DNA of 64,000 nt from Candidatus Spongiisociaceae bacterium (GCA_965219685.1 CBDCOH010000002.1:384001-448000), one strand, 5' to 3'. Shown: positions 1 to 9,992, counted from the first letter of the stretch. Numbers and translations are program-made. Notes: a model not told the origin generated them from the sequence alone.

Positions 1-136
1 TCTCCCTCACGGAGGGCGGGTAACCACGGGTGGCCACCTCTCGTTTGATCAACTCCAGGACCTGTCGCTGGCGAGGCCGAAGGCTATCGGGATCGGGCTG
101 CCCGTCCGCCGTTCTGCTGGTGCCGCCGGTGTCCAC
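1..136 (-). CDS. lexA: LexA repressor, 5' part (runs off window start)
   Basis: Not in the ORF track. Minus strand from GTG at 136 reads ...LRPRQRQVLELIKREVATRGYPPSVRE, the LexA winged-helix signature; GGAGG RBS upstream; SOS box in its promoter. Confidence 0.93.
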   Translation of the reverse strand, partial: MDTGGTSRTADGQPDPDSLRPRQRQVLELIKREVATRGYPPSVRE

Positions 137-190
137 TGTTAAGCCTCCTCTTCGTGTACGAACAGAACATAGCCAATGTCACCGCAGAAT

Positions 191-206
191 ACAAACATAT
201 GTTCGA
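191..206. promoter_or_regulatory. LexA (SOS) box upstream of lexA
   Basis: ACAAAC-ATAT-GTTCGA matches the actinobacterial/firmicute CGAAC-N4-GTTCG consensus with one core mismatch. Confidence 0.8.
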
Positions 207-306
207 GTGGTGAGTGGTGAGTGGTGAGTGGTGAGTGGCTTGTCGGTTGTCCGTTGTCCGTTGTCCGTTGTCCGTTGACCGTTGACCGTTGACCGTTGAC
301 CGTTGA
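205..306. repeat. Compound heptamer tandem repeat (GAGTGGT)x~5, then TTGTCGG, (TTGTCCG)x4, (TTGACCG)x4
   Basis: Read directly; the 7-bp register is unbroken from 205 to 306. Confidence 0.95.
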
Positions 307-378
307 TAACTCTGAACGGTATGCGATAACCGAGCTAGATCCTTGTCACGATGAGCCATGAGGTGTGGTAAGTCGTTC

Positions 379-474
379 ACCGGCAACCGGCAACCGGCAA
401 CCGGCAACCGGCAACCGGCAACCGGCAACCGGCAACCGGCAACCGGCAACCGGCAACCGGCAACCGGCAACCGG
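379..474. repeat. Perfect heptamer microsatellite (ACCGGCA)x13 plus a partial unit
   Basis: Read directly. Confidence 0.97.
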
Positions 475-478
475 TCTC

Positions 479-533
479 TTGACAAGCGAACATCCGTTCG
501 GTCATAATCTCCAGACAACCAAACGTCTGTTCG
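479..533 (+). promoter_or_regulatory. Sigma70-type promoter with two SOS boxes for the LysM gene
   Basis: TTGACA (479-484), 18-nt spacer, CATAAT (503-508); CGAAC-ATCC-GTTCG (487-500) lies in the spacer; CAAAC-GTCT-GTTCG (520-533) lies downstream. Confidence 0.85.
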
Positions 534-550
534 CTTCGTAGGAGGTTGTC

Positions 551-1102
551 ATGGTAGGCATCCACTCGCTCCATAGGGAAATGGGTACCCGCGCCGGTCA
601 TCTGCTGTCCCCTCCTCGGGTCATGGAGCAGCGGGAACTCGACCGGCTCGCTGCCCCTCGGTCGATGGAGGGCGGGGCCGCGCAGGCGGCGTGGCGGCCA
701 TCGGTGATCCAGGGAGGTCAGCGCAGCGGGCCTGGAGGAGCGGAGATCGGAAACGCTCTGCCGGATCCCCGTCGTTCCGGCAGGCGGCGGACGCTCCACA
801 CCCGAGCGGCGGTCCGTATCGGACTTGCAGCCGCGATCATGGCGGCGCTGCTGGTGGTGTTCGCCATTCCATGGGCGGGCGCTGATCGTGGACCGGTGCC
901 GGACGTATCACACATTGTACGACCGGGTGACAGCTTGTGGTCGATAGCCGAGCATTACACACCGGCCACAGGCGATGTCAGGAAGACGGTAGCCCTGGTC
1001 CGATCCGCCAACGAGGGTCTGTCGAACTTCCTGATGGTGGGTGATGTGATAAAAGTGCCGGTCGGTAGGATCCCGGGTAGTCCAACCGGCGCGCCGGGCT
1101 GA
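551..1102 (+). CDS. TM + LysM protein, probable SOS-induced cell division inhibitor (YneA/ChiZ-like)
   Basis: AGGAGG RBS; hydrophobic helix then LysM motif HIVRPGDSLWSIAEHY; divergent from lexA with SOS boxes. Confidence 0.8.
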   Translation: MVGIHSLHREMGTRAGHLLSPPRVMEQRELDRLAAPRSMEGGAAQAAWRPSVIQGGQRSGPGGAEIGNALPDPRRSGRRRTLHTRAAVRIGLAAAIMAALLVVFAIPWAGADRGPVPDVSHIVRPGDSLWSIAEHYTPATGDVRKTVALVRSANEGLSNFLMVGDVIKVPVGRIPGSPTGAPG

Positions 1103-1116
1103 GGTCCGGAGGAAGG

Positions 1117-2763
1117 TCAGCCCTCGACGAGCGACTCGATGTCCGAAAGCGTCGCACGTATCTCGACGACCTGGCCGAGTGCCCAGGCTTGGACCTGCTC
1201 AAGGGGCGAGTGAATCCGATCACGCACGGCACTGACGGACTCCGCGATCGCTGTCCCGGCCCTGGCTGCCGCGTCGGTGTCGCCTTCGCGGAGTGCCGTG
1301 ACATAATCCGCCTGCATCGCCTCAAGCGCGCCAACGGTATCGAGCGCCTGTTGCCTGAACGTCCCGAAGAGTGGGTCATCCGGTAGTCCGGTCAGGATCA
1401 AGCGGGATTCCGCGATCGTGAAGCTCAACTCCTCGGTGATTCGGTCCAACTCCTCCGGCGCGGCTTTCGCGGGAAGCGCGGGAATGGAGAAAGCGTTGGA
1501 GAGCGCGAGGGAATAGCTTATGGCGTCGTCCATCCGCTCGCTGATCGCGACGGCCTGGAGAGAGGCCGATTCCAGCAACTGCTTAGGGACGACCAATTCA
1601 TCTACGGATAGGCTGGATCCGATAATCGGAGGTTTCGGAAGCGGTTCGAACGCCAGTGTCGAGGAAGACCTAGCTGCGGTGTCGAGCGCGCTGATCTGGT
1701 TCGTGAGGGTCGAAAGCCCCGAATCGGTCAACAGTCCTCCGGCGCTGAGCGTCGACTCGATCGGGTTGACAGCTGCCTGTAGGCGGCCGGTTGCCTGAGC
1801 GTACTGGCGCTGGCGCGCCTCGGCCTCGCGTGCGGGGAAGTCGCTGATGACTTTCACGGTCGCGGCCATCAGAACCATCAGCAACGCGCAACTGACCACC
1901 AGCGACCAGCGTATGCGGCGGGACGACCTGAATGGCAGCCGGTTTACGTCCGGTTCGGCCGGAAGCAGGTCCCTACCCAGGTCCAACTCCGCGGTGGCAT
2001 CCCACAGGAGCTTTACGGTGTCTCCGGTGTTCCCCCGGCGGTTGAGTTCCGCGGTCACGGTGCTGAGGGATGGGAAGTCCATCCATGGATCATCAGCATG
2101 GTCACTCTGAGGGGTCGGACCGTTGCCGTTGGTCCAGTCGCCACCGAAGGTTGCTTCCTTCGCCCCGAATCCGAGCAGCGCTGCGAGCGAGGACCCCTCT
2201 CTCGGGTGGGCGAGGGGAAGGAGCCGGCTCCGATGCAACACTCTCGCCGGCGGACGTGAGGATCGTTCCGGGGCAAGGACGGGTACCGCAGTCTCGATCA
2301 AGGGTGCGGGGACCGTGCTGGAGGCGGTCGTGGCATTCGTGCCCGGAGCGGCCGTCGCGCTGCCGTTCGAACGGGGCCGGGATGGGCGCCTGGGCGGCGT
2401 GGGCGGGAGGACGGCAGTCGGTTCGAGGTCTGTGACCGTGCGTGAGAACTCACGAGCGACCGGGAAGGGATCGGCCACAGCGGGCGCTGCGATGGTGGGA
2501 GTTTCATCCGGGTCCGCAAGCGTGTCGGTCGGTGATTCGCCCGGAGGCTGCGGCTGACCCCAATTCGGCATGAAACGGACGGCCCCGGTACGATCCCGAT
2601 CTTCATGCCTGGAGCGGTAGGGGTTCCAGGCCATCCGGATCCGGTGGCGACCGGGTCGGTTGCTTGAGAGAACCGATCTGACGAACGGGCCAAACCCGTC
2701 CAAGCGGTCCGCCGCGCGAGCGGTGACCAAGGGATGTGGATGACCGGGTCTTAGGGTGACCAT
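1117..2763 (-). CDS. Hypothetical membrane protein (Pro/Thr-rich N-terminus, one TM, helical C-terminal domain); true start probably further downstream
   Basis: 548-aa ORF, TM segment [20 protein letters not shown]-biased third positions. Confidence 0.6.
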   Translation of the reverse strand: MVTLRPGHPHPLVTARAADRLDGFGPFVRSVLSSNRPGRHRIRMAWNPYRSRHEDRDRTGAVRFMPNWGQPQPPGESPTDTLADPDETPTIAAPAVADPFPVAREFSRTVTDLEPTAVLPPTPPRRPSRPRSNGSATAAPGTNATTASSTVPAPLIETAVPVLAPERSSRPPARVLHRSRLLPLAHPREGSSLAALLGFGAKEATFGGDWTNGNGPTPQSDHADDPWMDFPSLSTVTAELNRRGNTGDTVKLLWDATAELDLGRDLLPAEPDVNRLPFRSSRRIRWSLVVSCALLMVLMAATVKVISDFPAREAEARQRQYAQATGRLQAAVNPIESTLSAGGLLTDSGLSTLTNQISALDTAARSSSTLAFEPLPKPPIIGSSLSVDELVVPKQLLESASLQAVAISERMDDAISYSLALSNAFSIPALPAKAAPEELDRITEELSFTIAESRLILTGLPDDPLFGTFRQQALDTVGALEAMQADYVTALREGDTDAAARAGTAIAESVSAVRDRIHSPLEQVQAWALGQVVEIRATLSDIESLVEG

Positions 2764-2842
2764 GAGGCGGGGCAGCTCCTACCTTGCCGTACTCCGCCCG
2801 GCTACGAGAGCCCCCGATTCATCTTTGCTTGAATTGAGAAAC

Positions 2843-3271
2843 ATGAATGTTAGCCTGCTCAAGCTCGATAAGGAACTACCGACTCCGAAACGGGCACATC
2901 CAGACGACGCGGGTCTGGATCTGCACGCCCGCTATCCGGCCGAACTGGATCCGGGGCAGCGATCAACCGTGGACACCGGGATAGCCCTTGCAATCCCGCC
3001 CGGGTATGCCGGACTGGTTGTCCCACGGAGTGGGATCGCAGCCCGAAACGGGATAGGGGTGGTGAACGGTCCGGGACTGATAGATGCCGGCTACCGGGGC
3101 GAGATCCGGGTGGTGCTTATCAATCTGGGGGAACAGCGGGTGACCATCGCACGTGGAGACCGTATCGCGCAGTTACTGATCCTTCCAATTGCCATCCCTC
3201 GAATCGAGATCGTGGAAGGCCTCGAAACCACGGAGCGGGGTCGGGGTGGATTCGGTTCGACGGGAAGGTAA
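2843..3271 (+). CDS. dut: dUTP diphosphatase
   Basis: Motifs [34 protein letters not shown]; start moved to ATG 2843. Confidence 0.96.
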   Translation: MNVSLLKLDKELPTPKRAHPDDAGLDLHARYPAELDPGQRSTVDTGIALAIPPGYAGLVVPRSGIAARNGIGVVNGPGLIDAGYRGEIRVVLINLGEQRVTIARGDRIAQLLILPIAIPRIEIVEGLETTERGRGGFGSTGR

Positions 3272-3325
3272 CCCCAGCTTCGGGTTGCCGGTAGGTGTCC
3301 GCCAACCGCTACAATAAAGATCCGT

Positions 3326-3398
3326 GCGGAAGTAGCTCAGTCGGTAGAGCGCAACCTTGCCAAGGTTGAGGTCGCGGGTTCGAGCCCCGTCTTCCGCT
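3326..3398 (+). tRNA. tRNA-Gly(GCC)
   Basis: GCGGAAG/CTTCCGC acceptor stem, CAACC-TTGCCAA-GGTTG anticodon arm, GGTTCGAG T-loop. Confidence 0.97.
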
Positions 3399-3488
3399 CT
3401 CGGGTTCGGGTAAGCCGTGTCCACGAAGCACTGTACAGGAACCTGCGGGTTGTGTGTGCGGGCCGGTCACTACCCGGAGCCGTAACCG

Positions 3489-3559
3489 GGCGACGTGGCC
3501 GAGTGGTTAGGCACAGCTCTGCAAAAGCTGCTACACCGGTTCGATTCCGGTCGTCGCCT
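3489..3559 (+). tRNA. tRNA-Cys(GCA)
   Basis: GGCGACG/CGTCGCC stem, CAGCT-CTGCAAA-AGCTG, GGTTCGATT. Confidence 0.96.
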
Positions 3560-3601
3560 CCCCAGCCGGCTTGGGTCCGCTCGCTTTGGATCATGCCCGA
3601 A

Positions 3602-3673
3602 GGGCGCTTAGCTCAGGGGAAGAGCGCTTCCTTGACGCGGAAGAGGTCACAGGTTCAAATCCTGTAGCGCCCA
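3602..3673 (+). tRNA. tRNA-Val(GAC)
   Basis: GGGCGCT/AGCGCCC stem, CTTCC-TTGACGC-GGAAG, GGTTCAAAT. Confidence 0.95.
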
Positions 3674-3741
3674 CCCGGTCGTTCCCGGCTGCCGTACGGT
3701 CGGCGACGGTAAGCCCGGCCACCAGATCTTCCTTGCCCCAT

Positions 3742-3889
3742 CCCCTTGCTTCTATTTCATGAAGGCCCCGCTCCGCGCGACTGTCAGACCCTGAACCCCG
3801 CGACAGAGAATGGACAACCACCCGATCTAACGCTAACCACCGACTAACAACTACCGACTATCTACTAACGAGTAGGAACCAATCGTCTA
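3742..3889. repeat. Dispersed intergenic element, copy A (core plus degenerate heptamer tail)
   Basis: Shares ATTTCATGAAG, ACAGAGAATGG and terminal AATCGTCTA with 15040-15175 at near-identical spacing. Confidence 0.75.
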
Positions 3890-4603
3890 ACCCAGATCCA
3901 GGATCCCCCGGCGTAAAGCGGTGAGGACCGCGGCCAGCTTGGTATTGGCGCCGAGTTTCTCCCTGAGGTTGCGGACGTGGTTCCGCACTGTGTGGGGGCT
4001 GATCCCGAGTTGCTCCGCTATCCGTAGGGTGCCGTCTCCGAGTGACACGAGATGCAGCACCTCCAACTCCCGAGGGCTCAACTCCCTGTTGGGCGGATCC
4101 GACCTGGGAGTCGGCGAGTCGGAAAGGATGTTCGCGCCCTGGTCGCGCAGGTCGCGTCGAACATCCTCGGCCACGCGGTCGGCGACTCCAGGGTCTGGAT
4201 CATCGTTGAACAGGTGCACCAGCAGTGGTGCCTTTCGCTCGGAGCCGGCTACCACCATCGGCGTCAGAGATGCGAGCTTGCGCCCGCCGGACTCGCAGCG
4301 CATCCGCAAAGTGATCGTGCTCGGAATCTCGCCGGCCCTTACGGCTCGCATCGAGGGGCACCCATAGAGGCAGGCGGGCGTCAGGCCTCCAGGAGCCAAG
4401 TTCTCGAGTACCTCGTAACAGCGGCGACCGACCACCTTTTCCGCTGGGAATCCGAGAATCCGCTCCGCTGCACGGTTCCAGAACAGGATGGTTTGGTCGT
4501 GGGACATGACGTAGGCGCCGAACGAGGCCACTTCGAGCAAAGAGATAATGCTGTTTGGAGTCAAGAAACCCTCCCGTCGCTCTTCAAACGCGCGAAGAGG
4601 CAA
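3887..4603 (-). CDS. PAS domain + LuxR-family HTH transcriptional regulator
   Basis: PAS motif ILFWNRAAERILGF..VVGRRCYEV; LuxR motif LSPRELEVL..IAEQLGISPHTVRNH. Confidence 0.9.
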   Translation of the reverse strand: MPLRAFEERREGFLTPNSIISLLEVASFGAYVMSHDQTILFWNRAAERILGFPAEKVVGRRCYEVLENLAPGGLTPACLYGCPSMRAVRAGEIPSTITLRMRCESGGRKLASLTPMVVAGSERKAPLLVHLFNDDPDPGVADRVAEDVRRDLRDQGANILSDSPTPRSDPPNRELSPRELEVLHLVSLGDGTLRIAEQLGISPHTVRNHVRNLREKLGANTKLAAVLTALRRGILDLG

Positions 4604-5117
4604 ATCGGCCGGGCCCAGTCGCAGAAGTCCTAGATCGTTCTCTCTACGGTGCCCCCTCTGCCACGACCATCATAGTTGAGCCGGTCAACCTACCGGGGCT
4701 GCCGCTGATGCGATGGCAAAGGAGACGTGGCAAGCCGCCACCCACGGTCCAGGTCCTCCGGTCTCGGCGATGCGGGGTCGACGCAGAAGGACAGTGTGGG
4801 AGTCTCAGGGCACCATCCCGCACAGGTAACCAGCTGTTGTCGGCGCGGTATGTATGTCCTGTCCGGTCTCTGTTGAATACCCTCCCAATCCCCGGTCCGG
4901 AATCCTTGGGTCGATTCGCAGTGAAAGACCAGGTGAGTGCCGGTATAGAATCCACGCTCACGCCCAAGTCCATTCTGAGTTCGTCAATCTCTCGAACCCG
5001 TGACATAATGTTGGGGACTCGCCGTCCTATAATCCGGGCGGTTGCGCGACGAACGACCCTCGAGCCTCCGAGTTCAACCACATCCGAAACGGGTTCGCCA
5101 AACAGAAGGGATTGTTG

Positions 5118-5513
5118 ATGTCCTTGAGCGACGATCACAAGGCAGCTCTTGCTAAAGGAAGGAGCGAGGCGCGGACAGTACGTGCTTATCTCGATGCCCT
5201 CGCTACCAAGAAGCCCCGCGGTACGGCCAACCCTGTGACCTTGAAGCAACGGTTGGAGCGGTTGACCGAACAGATAGAAACAGAGCAGAACTCGCTGAAG
5301 CGGCTCCAACTCATCCAACAGCGCTTTGACGTCGAGGACAAGTTGAAGGCGGTTGGCGATTCGGTCGACTACGAGGCACTCCAGGCAGACTTTGTAGCCG
5401 CCGCGGCTTCGTATTCGGAGCGCAAGGGTATCTCCTACAGCGCGTGGAGGGAAGCGGGAGTAGCACCGGACGTCTTGAAGACTGCCGGTATTCGCCGCAC
5501 GCGCCGCACTTAG
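5118..5513 (+). CDS. Small basic, helical hypothetical protein
   Basis: AGAAGGGA RBS, ATG 5118; central coiled-coil-like segment; basic C-terminus ISYSAWREAGV..AGIRRTRR. Confidence 0.75.
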   Translation: MSLSDDHKAALAKGRSEARTVRAYLDALATKKPRGTANPVTLKQRLERLTEQIETEQNSLKRLQLIQQRFDVEDKLKAVGDSVDYEALQADFVAAAASYSERKGISYSAWREAGVAPDVLKTAGIRRTRRT

Positions 5514-5679
5514 CAGGGCCCTTCCGACCCGAGTAGGCAGTCCGGTTGGACTGGAGATCCTCCAAGTTGCCGCCCGCAACCCGGCCGGTACGGATCCCGA
5601 TGGCAGCCTTGCCCCTGTTCCGCTCGCACGGACGTCTACCCAATCCACCCGGCATCGCAGCAGTGGTTTGCGATGCCCC

Positions 5680-6093
5680 CTACCCCCAGCCCAGTTCCCG
5701 TAGGCGGTGGTCGTCAATTCCCAGGTGATGGGCTATTTCGTGGAGAACGGTCCGACGGACTTCCTCGGCTGTAGCCTCGTCGTCGAGTCCGAGAGCGAGA
5801 TGCGTGTCCATGAATATCGATATCCGATCAGGTAGGACTCCCGCATAGTTAATGCCCCGGTCACGTAGAGAAACTCCTTGGTAGAAGCCGAGGAGTCCCT
5901 CGCAGTGAGGGTCTCGTTCCTCGACTACCACCACAAGGTTGTCGAGTCGCCTCGCGATGTCAACCGGTAGCTCTTCGAGCGTAAGATCCACGACCTTCTC
6001 AAAGTCTTCCCGGCTAAACAGGGGTACCCCACCTTTCCTCCGGCACAACTCTGACTGGATCTGAAGGTAACATCTCGGCATCGATCGCGCCAT
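5680..6093 (-). CDS. Minimal zincin-like metallopeptidase (Zincin_1 family); true start probably near 6021
   Basis: LLGFYQGV..PDRISIF..TVLHEIAHHLGIDD (HExxH); homologous region begins at FSREDFE, where only a CTG follows an RBS-like AAAGGTGG. Confidence 0.85.
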   Translation of the reverse strand: MARSMPRCYLQIQSELCRRKGGVPLFSREDFEKVVDLTLEELPVDIARRLDNLVVVVEERDPHCEGLLGFYQGVSLRDRGINYAGVLPDRISIFMDTHLALGLDDEATAEEVRRTVLHEIAHHLGIDDHRLRELGWG

Positions 6094-6167
6094 CGGCTGA
6101 AGCGAGGCGCCTGGCTCTTACCGACCGGATGCGAGGCTGAGAACGCCGACTAGAATCCTAGGTGGCC

Positions 6168-6239
6168 GGGCGCTTAGCTCAGCGGGAGAGCGCTGCCTTC
6201 ACACGGCAGAGGTCACTGGTTCGATCCCAGTAGCGCCCA
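6168..6239 (+). tRNA. tRNA-Val(CAC)
   Basis: GGGCGCT/AGCGCCC stem, CTGCC-TTCACAC-GGCAG, GGTTCGATC. Confidence 0.96.
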
Positions 6240-6364
6240 CCGGGGGAACGACTCCTCCGTGCAGAACGGTCAGGCGCTGGGCTCCACGAGCCTCACATTG
6301 CGGGCGGTGCGCGTAACAGCGCCTAATGTGCCGAAACGGTTCAGATCCTTGGGGGAGCTACGAC

Positions 6365-8635
6365 ATGACCATCCAAGCGCCGACATTCATCAGGTCCGAT
6401 GGTCCCGACAAAGTGACGGGCACCGGGCGTTACACAGCAGACCTCACCGCGGCAGGGGTGCTTGTCGCCAAGTTCCGTTACGCGGAGGTTACCCATGCTC
6501 GGATCCTGGAGTTGGACACGTCGGCTGCTCGGGCGATGCCAGGGGTGTTCGCCGTTCTGACCAGCGACGACGTACCCGATGTGCTCTACGGCTCCATCAA
6601 GGACCGGCGGCTGTTCGCCAAGGATGTCGTGCGGTTCGAGGGAGAGGTGGTGGCCGCGGTTGCGGCGATCGACGAGGTGACGGCGGCGCGCGCAGTCGCC
6701 GCGATCGTGGTGCGCTACGAGCCGATCCAGGCCGTGGCTGACATGGAGGAGGCCCTCGAAAGCGGTGCGCCGCTGATTCACGAGGAGTGGGCTACGTATG
6801 AAGCACCCGGTGTGGAGCGGGAAGGGAACCTCGCCTCCTTCACTTCCCTCTCGCGGGGCGATGTGGACGAGGGCTTGGCCGAGGCGGATCTGGTCGTCAC
6901 CAGCCGGTACGTTGCCGACGCCTCGCACGCCGTCCCGATCGAGCCGCGGGCAATCCTTGCGCAATGGGAAGGTCGAAAGGTCACCATCTGGTCGTCCACC
7001 CAGGTCCCGTTCCCCGCCAGGGATGGCGTCTGCGAGACCCTCGGGCTACCCACCAACCGGGTGCGGGTCATCGTGCCCCATCTGGGTGGAGGCTTCGGTG
7101 GCAAGTGCGGCTTCCACTACGAAGCACACGTGGCGGCTCTGTCCAGGGCTGCCCGCCGCCCGGTGCGGTTGGTCTTCTCGCGCCGGGAGGAGTTCATCGC
7201 TCCCGACAGGCGTCGCGAAGGGATGATCGTCGAACTCACCAGCGGTGTCCGCAATGACGGCACGCTCTCAGCCCGCAAGGCCAGGGTGATCGTCGACAAC
7301 GGAGCCTATGCGGCCGACTCCGCAGGCTTTCCGCAGTTGGCGGCCATGCACGCCCTCGGACCGTACAAGGTCGCCAACATCGAGGTCGAGGCCTCCGCCG
7401 TCTACACGAACTGCCAGCCGTCCGGTTCGGTGCGCGCACCCACCGCCCCGCAGGGTTGCTGGGCGGTCGAGTCCCATACCGATGAATTGGCGACCGCGAT
7501 CGGCATGGATCCGGTGGAGTTCCGCAGACTCAACACGGTGGATAGCGGCGATGTCGGCGTCACCGGCCAGCTGTACGAGGAGATCGGGTTGCAGGAGTGC
7601 ATCGACGCGGCGGCGGCGGGTTTGGAGTACCGCCACGACCTCCCAGCGGATGAGGCGGTAGGTGTGGCCGTCGGATGGTGGCCCAGCTTCGCCGCGCCGT
7701 CCGGCGCCTACGTGAAGATCGATCACGACGGCAAGGGAGTCATCGTCACCGGCGCGCAGGAGTGCGGCACCGGTGCGGTGATGACCCTTCCCTACCTGGT
7801 GGCGGGGGAACTCGGGATGCAACCCGAGGACTTCGAACTGGTCTACCAGGACACCAGCGCGGCTCCGTCCGACTGGGGGGCCAGCGGGTCTCAGACCCTG
7901 TTCAACAACGGGCGCGCCACGGTCGCCGCGGCCAGAGAAATAGCCTCCCAGCTCAAGGATCTGGCGGCCCAGGAGTTGGAAGCCTCCGCAGAGGACATCG
8001 TGCTGGTCGATGGCAGGGCACATGTGGCCGGAGATCCCGAGTCGGCTGTGACGATCGAGAGGTTGGCGGCTATCGCTGCCGACGGTGCAATGCTCCTCGG
8101 CCGCGGATCGAGTGATCCACCCGAGTGGCCGTCCATGTCGGGTGTGTCCTGCGTCGGCGACCACGGCCTCGGCGCCTGGGTCGCGCCCCAGTTCTCTTGT
8201 CACGCGGTCCGTGTTCGCCTCGACAGGGAGACGGGTGTGGTGCGCGTTCTGGAGGTCTCGACCGCCCACGACTCCGGAACCATCATCAATCGCCGGGGGG
8301 CTCTCGGCCAGGTTGAAGGAGGCGTCATGATGGGGATCGGCCAGGCCCTCACCGAAGGAGCCACCTTCGATGATGAGGGTAGGCAGCTCAACCCGACGCT
8401 CCTGGACTACAAGCTCCAGACCATCGCCGATGCCCCAGGCATCACGACCCACTTCGCGGAAGTGCCCGCCGCGATCGGTGGGCCGTACGGTTCGAAGGGG
8501 ATCGCGGAGGCTCCCAACGTGCCTACGGCCGCCGCGATCTCCAATGCGATCGCCAAGCTGATCGGTGGGCCCGTCCGGCGACTGCCGATGACCGCTGAAC
8601 GGGTCTGGCTCGCCATGGGGGAGGGGGGATCATGA
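6365..8635 (+). CDS. Xanthine dehydrogenase family molybdopterin-binding (large) subunit
   Basis: DKVTG..YTAD, LGGGFGGK, GQVEGG..MGIG, SKGIAE; GGGGAG RBS before ATG 6365. Confidence 0.92.
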   Translation: MTIQAPTFIRSDGPDKVTGTGRYTADLTAAGVLVAKFRYAEVTHARILELDTSAARAMPGVFAVLTSDDVPDVLYGSIKDRRLFAKDVVRFEGEVVAAVAAIDEVTAARAVAAIVVRYEPIQAVADMEEALESGAPLIHEEWATYEAPGVEREGNLASFTSLSRGDVDEGLAEADLVVTSRYVADASHAVPIEPRAILAQWEGRKVTIWSSTQVPFPARDGVCETLGLPTNRVRVIVPHLGGGFGGKCGFHYEAHVAALSRAARRPVRLVFSRREEFIAPDRRREGMIVELTSGVRNDGTLSARKARVIVDNGAYAADSAGFPQLAAMHALGPYKVANIEVEASAVYTNCQPSGSVRAPTAPQGCWAVESHTDELATAIGMDPVEFRRLNTVDSGDVGVTGQLYEEIGLQECIDAAAAGLEYRHDLPADEAVGVAVGWWPSFAAPSGAYVKIDHDGKGVIVTGAQECGTGAVMTLPYLVAGELGMQPEDFELVYQDTSAAPSDWGASGSQTLFNNGRATVAAAREIASQLKDLAAQELEASAEDIVLVDGRAHVAGDPESAVTIERLAAIAADGAMLLGRGSSDPPEWPSMSGVSCVGDHGLGAWVAPQFSCHAVRVRLDRETGVVRVLEVSTAHDSGTIINRRGALGQVEGGVMMGIGQALTEGATFDDEGRQLNPTLLDYKLQTIADAPGITTHFAEVPAAIGGPYGSKGIAEAPNVPTAAAISNAIAKLIGGPVRRLPMTAERVWLAMGEGGS

Positions 8636-9531
8636 TCTTCGCGTCGGCGGCGACGATCGAGGAGGCGCTCGAAGCCGTGGCCGGCGGCGCGACGCCCATC
8701 GCGGGAGGCACGGACCTGGTGGTCGGGGCCCGGCAGGGTAAGGCGCCCCTCCCAACCTCGCTCGTGTCGATCGATCGGGTATCCGGGATGTCAGACATAG
8801 CCCAGGCAAGCGACGGAACGCGGGTGGGGGCCCTGGTCACCCATGGAACGCTGATGACCGACGCTCGGGTGGTGGGACCCTACACAGCCTTGGCAGACGC
8901 CGCCGCCCTGGTGGGGTCACCGGCGACCCGTTACGTGGGAACCCTGGGAGGGAACATCATGAACGCCTCGCCGGCGATGGACACCGGCGCGCCGCTGGTG
9001 GTTTTCGGCGCTCTCGCCGAGCTTCGGTGCCTGTCCGGGGCCCGTACGGTGCCGGTCGCGGACCTATGGACGGCTCCGGGCGCCACCATTGCCCGTTCCG
9101 ACGAGTTGCTGGTGGCAGTGCATCTCGAACCGCGGCCGTCCCGTTCTGGCAGCGCCTACGTGAGGCTGGAGTACCGCCGGACGATGGAGATCGCAGTGGT
9201 CGGCGCAGCCGCCTCGGTGGTCTTGGAGGGCGACGGCACGATCGCCACAGGTCGAGTGGCTCTGAGCGCAGTGGCTCCCACCATCATCGAGGTCGAAGGG
9301 GTAGCGGGCATGATCTCCGGGATGGCCGTCGAGGAAGCCGGCTCGCTGGTCCAGGAGGTCGCTTCCCGGCAAGCCGTTCCGATCAGTGATCTGAGAGGCA
9401 GCGCTCGCTACAGGCGTCATACCGTGGGGGTGATGGCAAGACGGGCCTTGGCTGCGGCGGCCCGGCGGGCATCCGGTGAGCTGATCGGGGTACCGGTGAA
9501 CCGGGCGATCGGTGTAGGGTCCGGGTCATGA
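8632..9531 (+). CDS. Xanthine dehydrogenase family FAD-binding subunit
   Basis: IAGGTDL, GTLGGN..NASPAMD, ISDLRGSARYR; ATGA overlap. Confidence 0.92.
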   Translation: MIFASAATIEEALEAVAGGATPIAGGTDLVVGARQGKAPLPTSLVSIDRVSGMSDIAQASDGTRVGALVTHGTLMTDARVVGPYTALADAAALVGSPATRYVGTLGGNIMNASPAMDTGAPLVVFGALAELRCLSGARTVPVADLWTAPGATIARSDELLVAVHLEPRPSRSGSAYVRLEYRRTMEIAVVGAAASVVLEGDGTIATGRVALSAVAPTIIEVEGVAGMISGMAVEEAGSLVQEVASRQAVPISDLRGSARYRRHTVGVMARRALAAAARRASGELIGVPVNRAIGVGSGS

Positions 9532-9992
9532 GAACAGCGCTCGTTCTCAGGGTCAATGGCGTCGACACTCCGGTCAGGGTAGATCCCTCGCGCAATCTTC
9601 TCGGAGTTCTGCGCGACGAATTGGGCCTGACCGGCACGAAAGAGGGATGCGACGACTGCGAGTGCGGTGCGTGCATGGTGCTCATGGACGGGGGACCGGT
9701 GAACTCCTGTTCCTATCTTGCCGTGCAGGCGGAGGGTAAGTCCATTACCACGATCGAAGGAATCATGGACGGCGACGAGTTGAGTTCGTTGCAGCGGAAC
9801 ATGATCGTCGAGGGGGGCGTCCAGTGCGGATTCTGCACGCCGGGGATGATCATCTCGGCCGAGGCGCTCCTGGCCTCCAATCCCGTTCCTACCGAGGAGG
9901 AGATCCGGATAGGTCTGTCGGGGAACCTGTGCCGTTGTACGGGTTATGCGGGCATTCTCGCTGCGGTGATCCGGACGGCTTCTGGAGTGTGA
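9528..9992 (+). CDS. Xanthine dehydrogenase family (2Fe-2S) subunit
   Basis: GTKEGCDDCECGAC, QCGFCTPG, GNLCRCTGY. Confidence 0.95.
   Translation: MRTALVLRVNGVDTPVRVDPSRNLLGVLRDELGLTGTKEGCDDCECGACMVLMDGGPVNSCSYLAVQAEGKSITTIEGIMDGDELSSLQRNMIVEGGVQCGFCTPGMIISAEALLASNPVPTEEEIRIGLSGNLCRCTGYAGILAAVIRTASGV

Noticed and set aside
205-474. Possible CRISPR array
   Set aside because: Contiguous 7-bp units with no unique spacers; no cas genes in the window.
84-799. Minus-strand ORFs with RLPVAGC repeats (84-518, 377-799)
   Set aside because: They are translations of the stop-free heptamer tract and overlap the lexA/LysM promoters; no coding evidence.
3602-6239. Integrated element bounded by two tRNA-Val sequences
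   Set aside because: Both are full-length tRNAs with different anticodons rather than a 3' att duplication; no integrase between them.
6365-8635. Aerobic CO dehydrogenase CoxL
   Set aside because: Lacks the AYxCSFR (or AYxGAGR) active-site loop.
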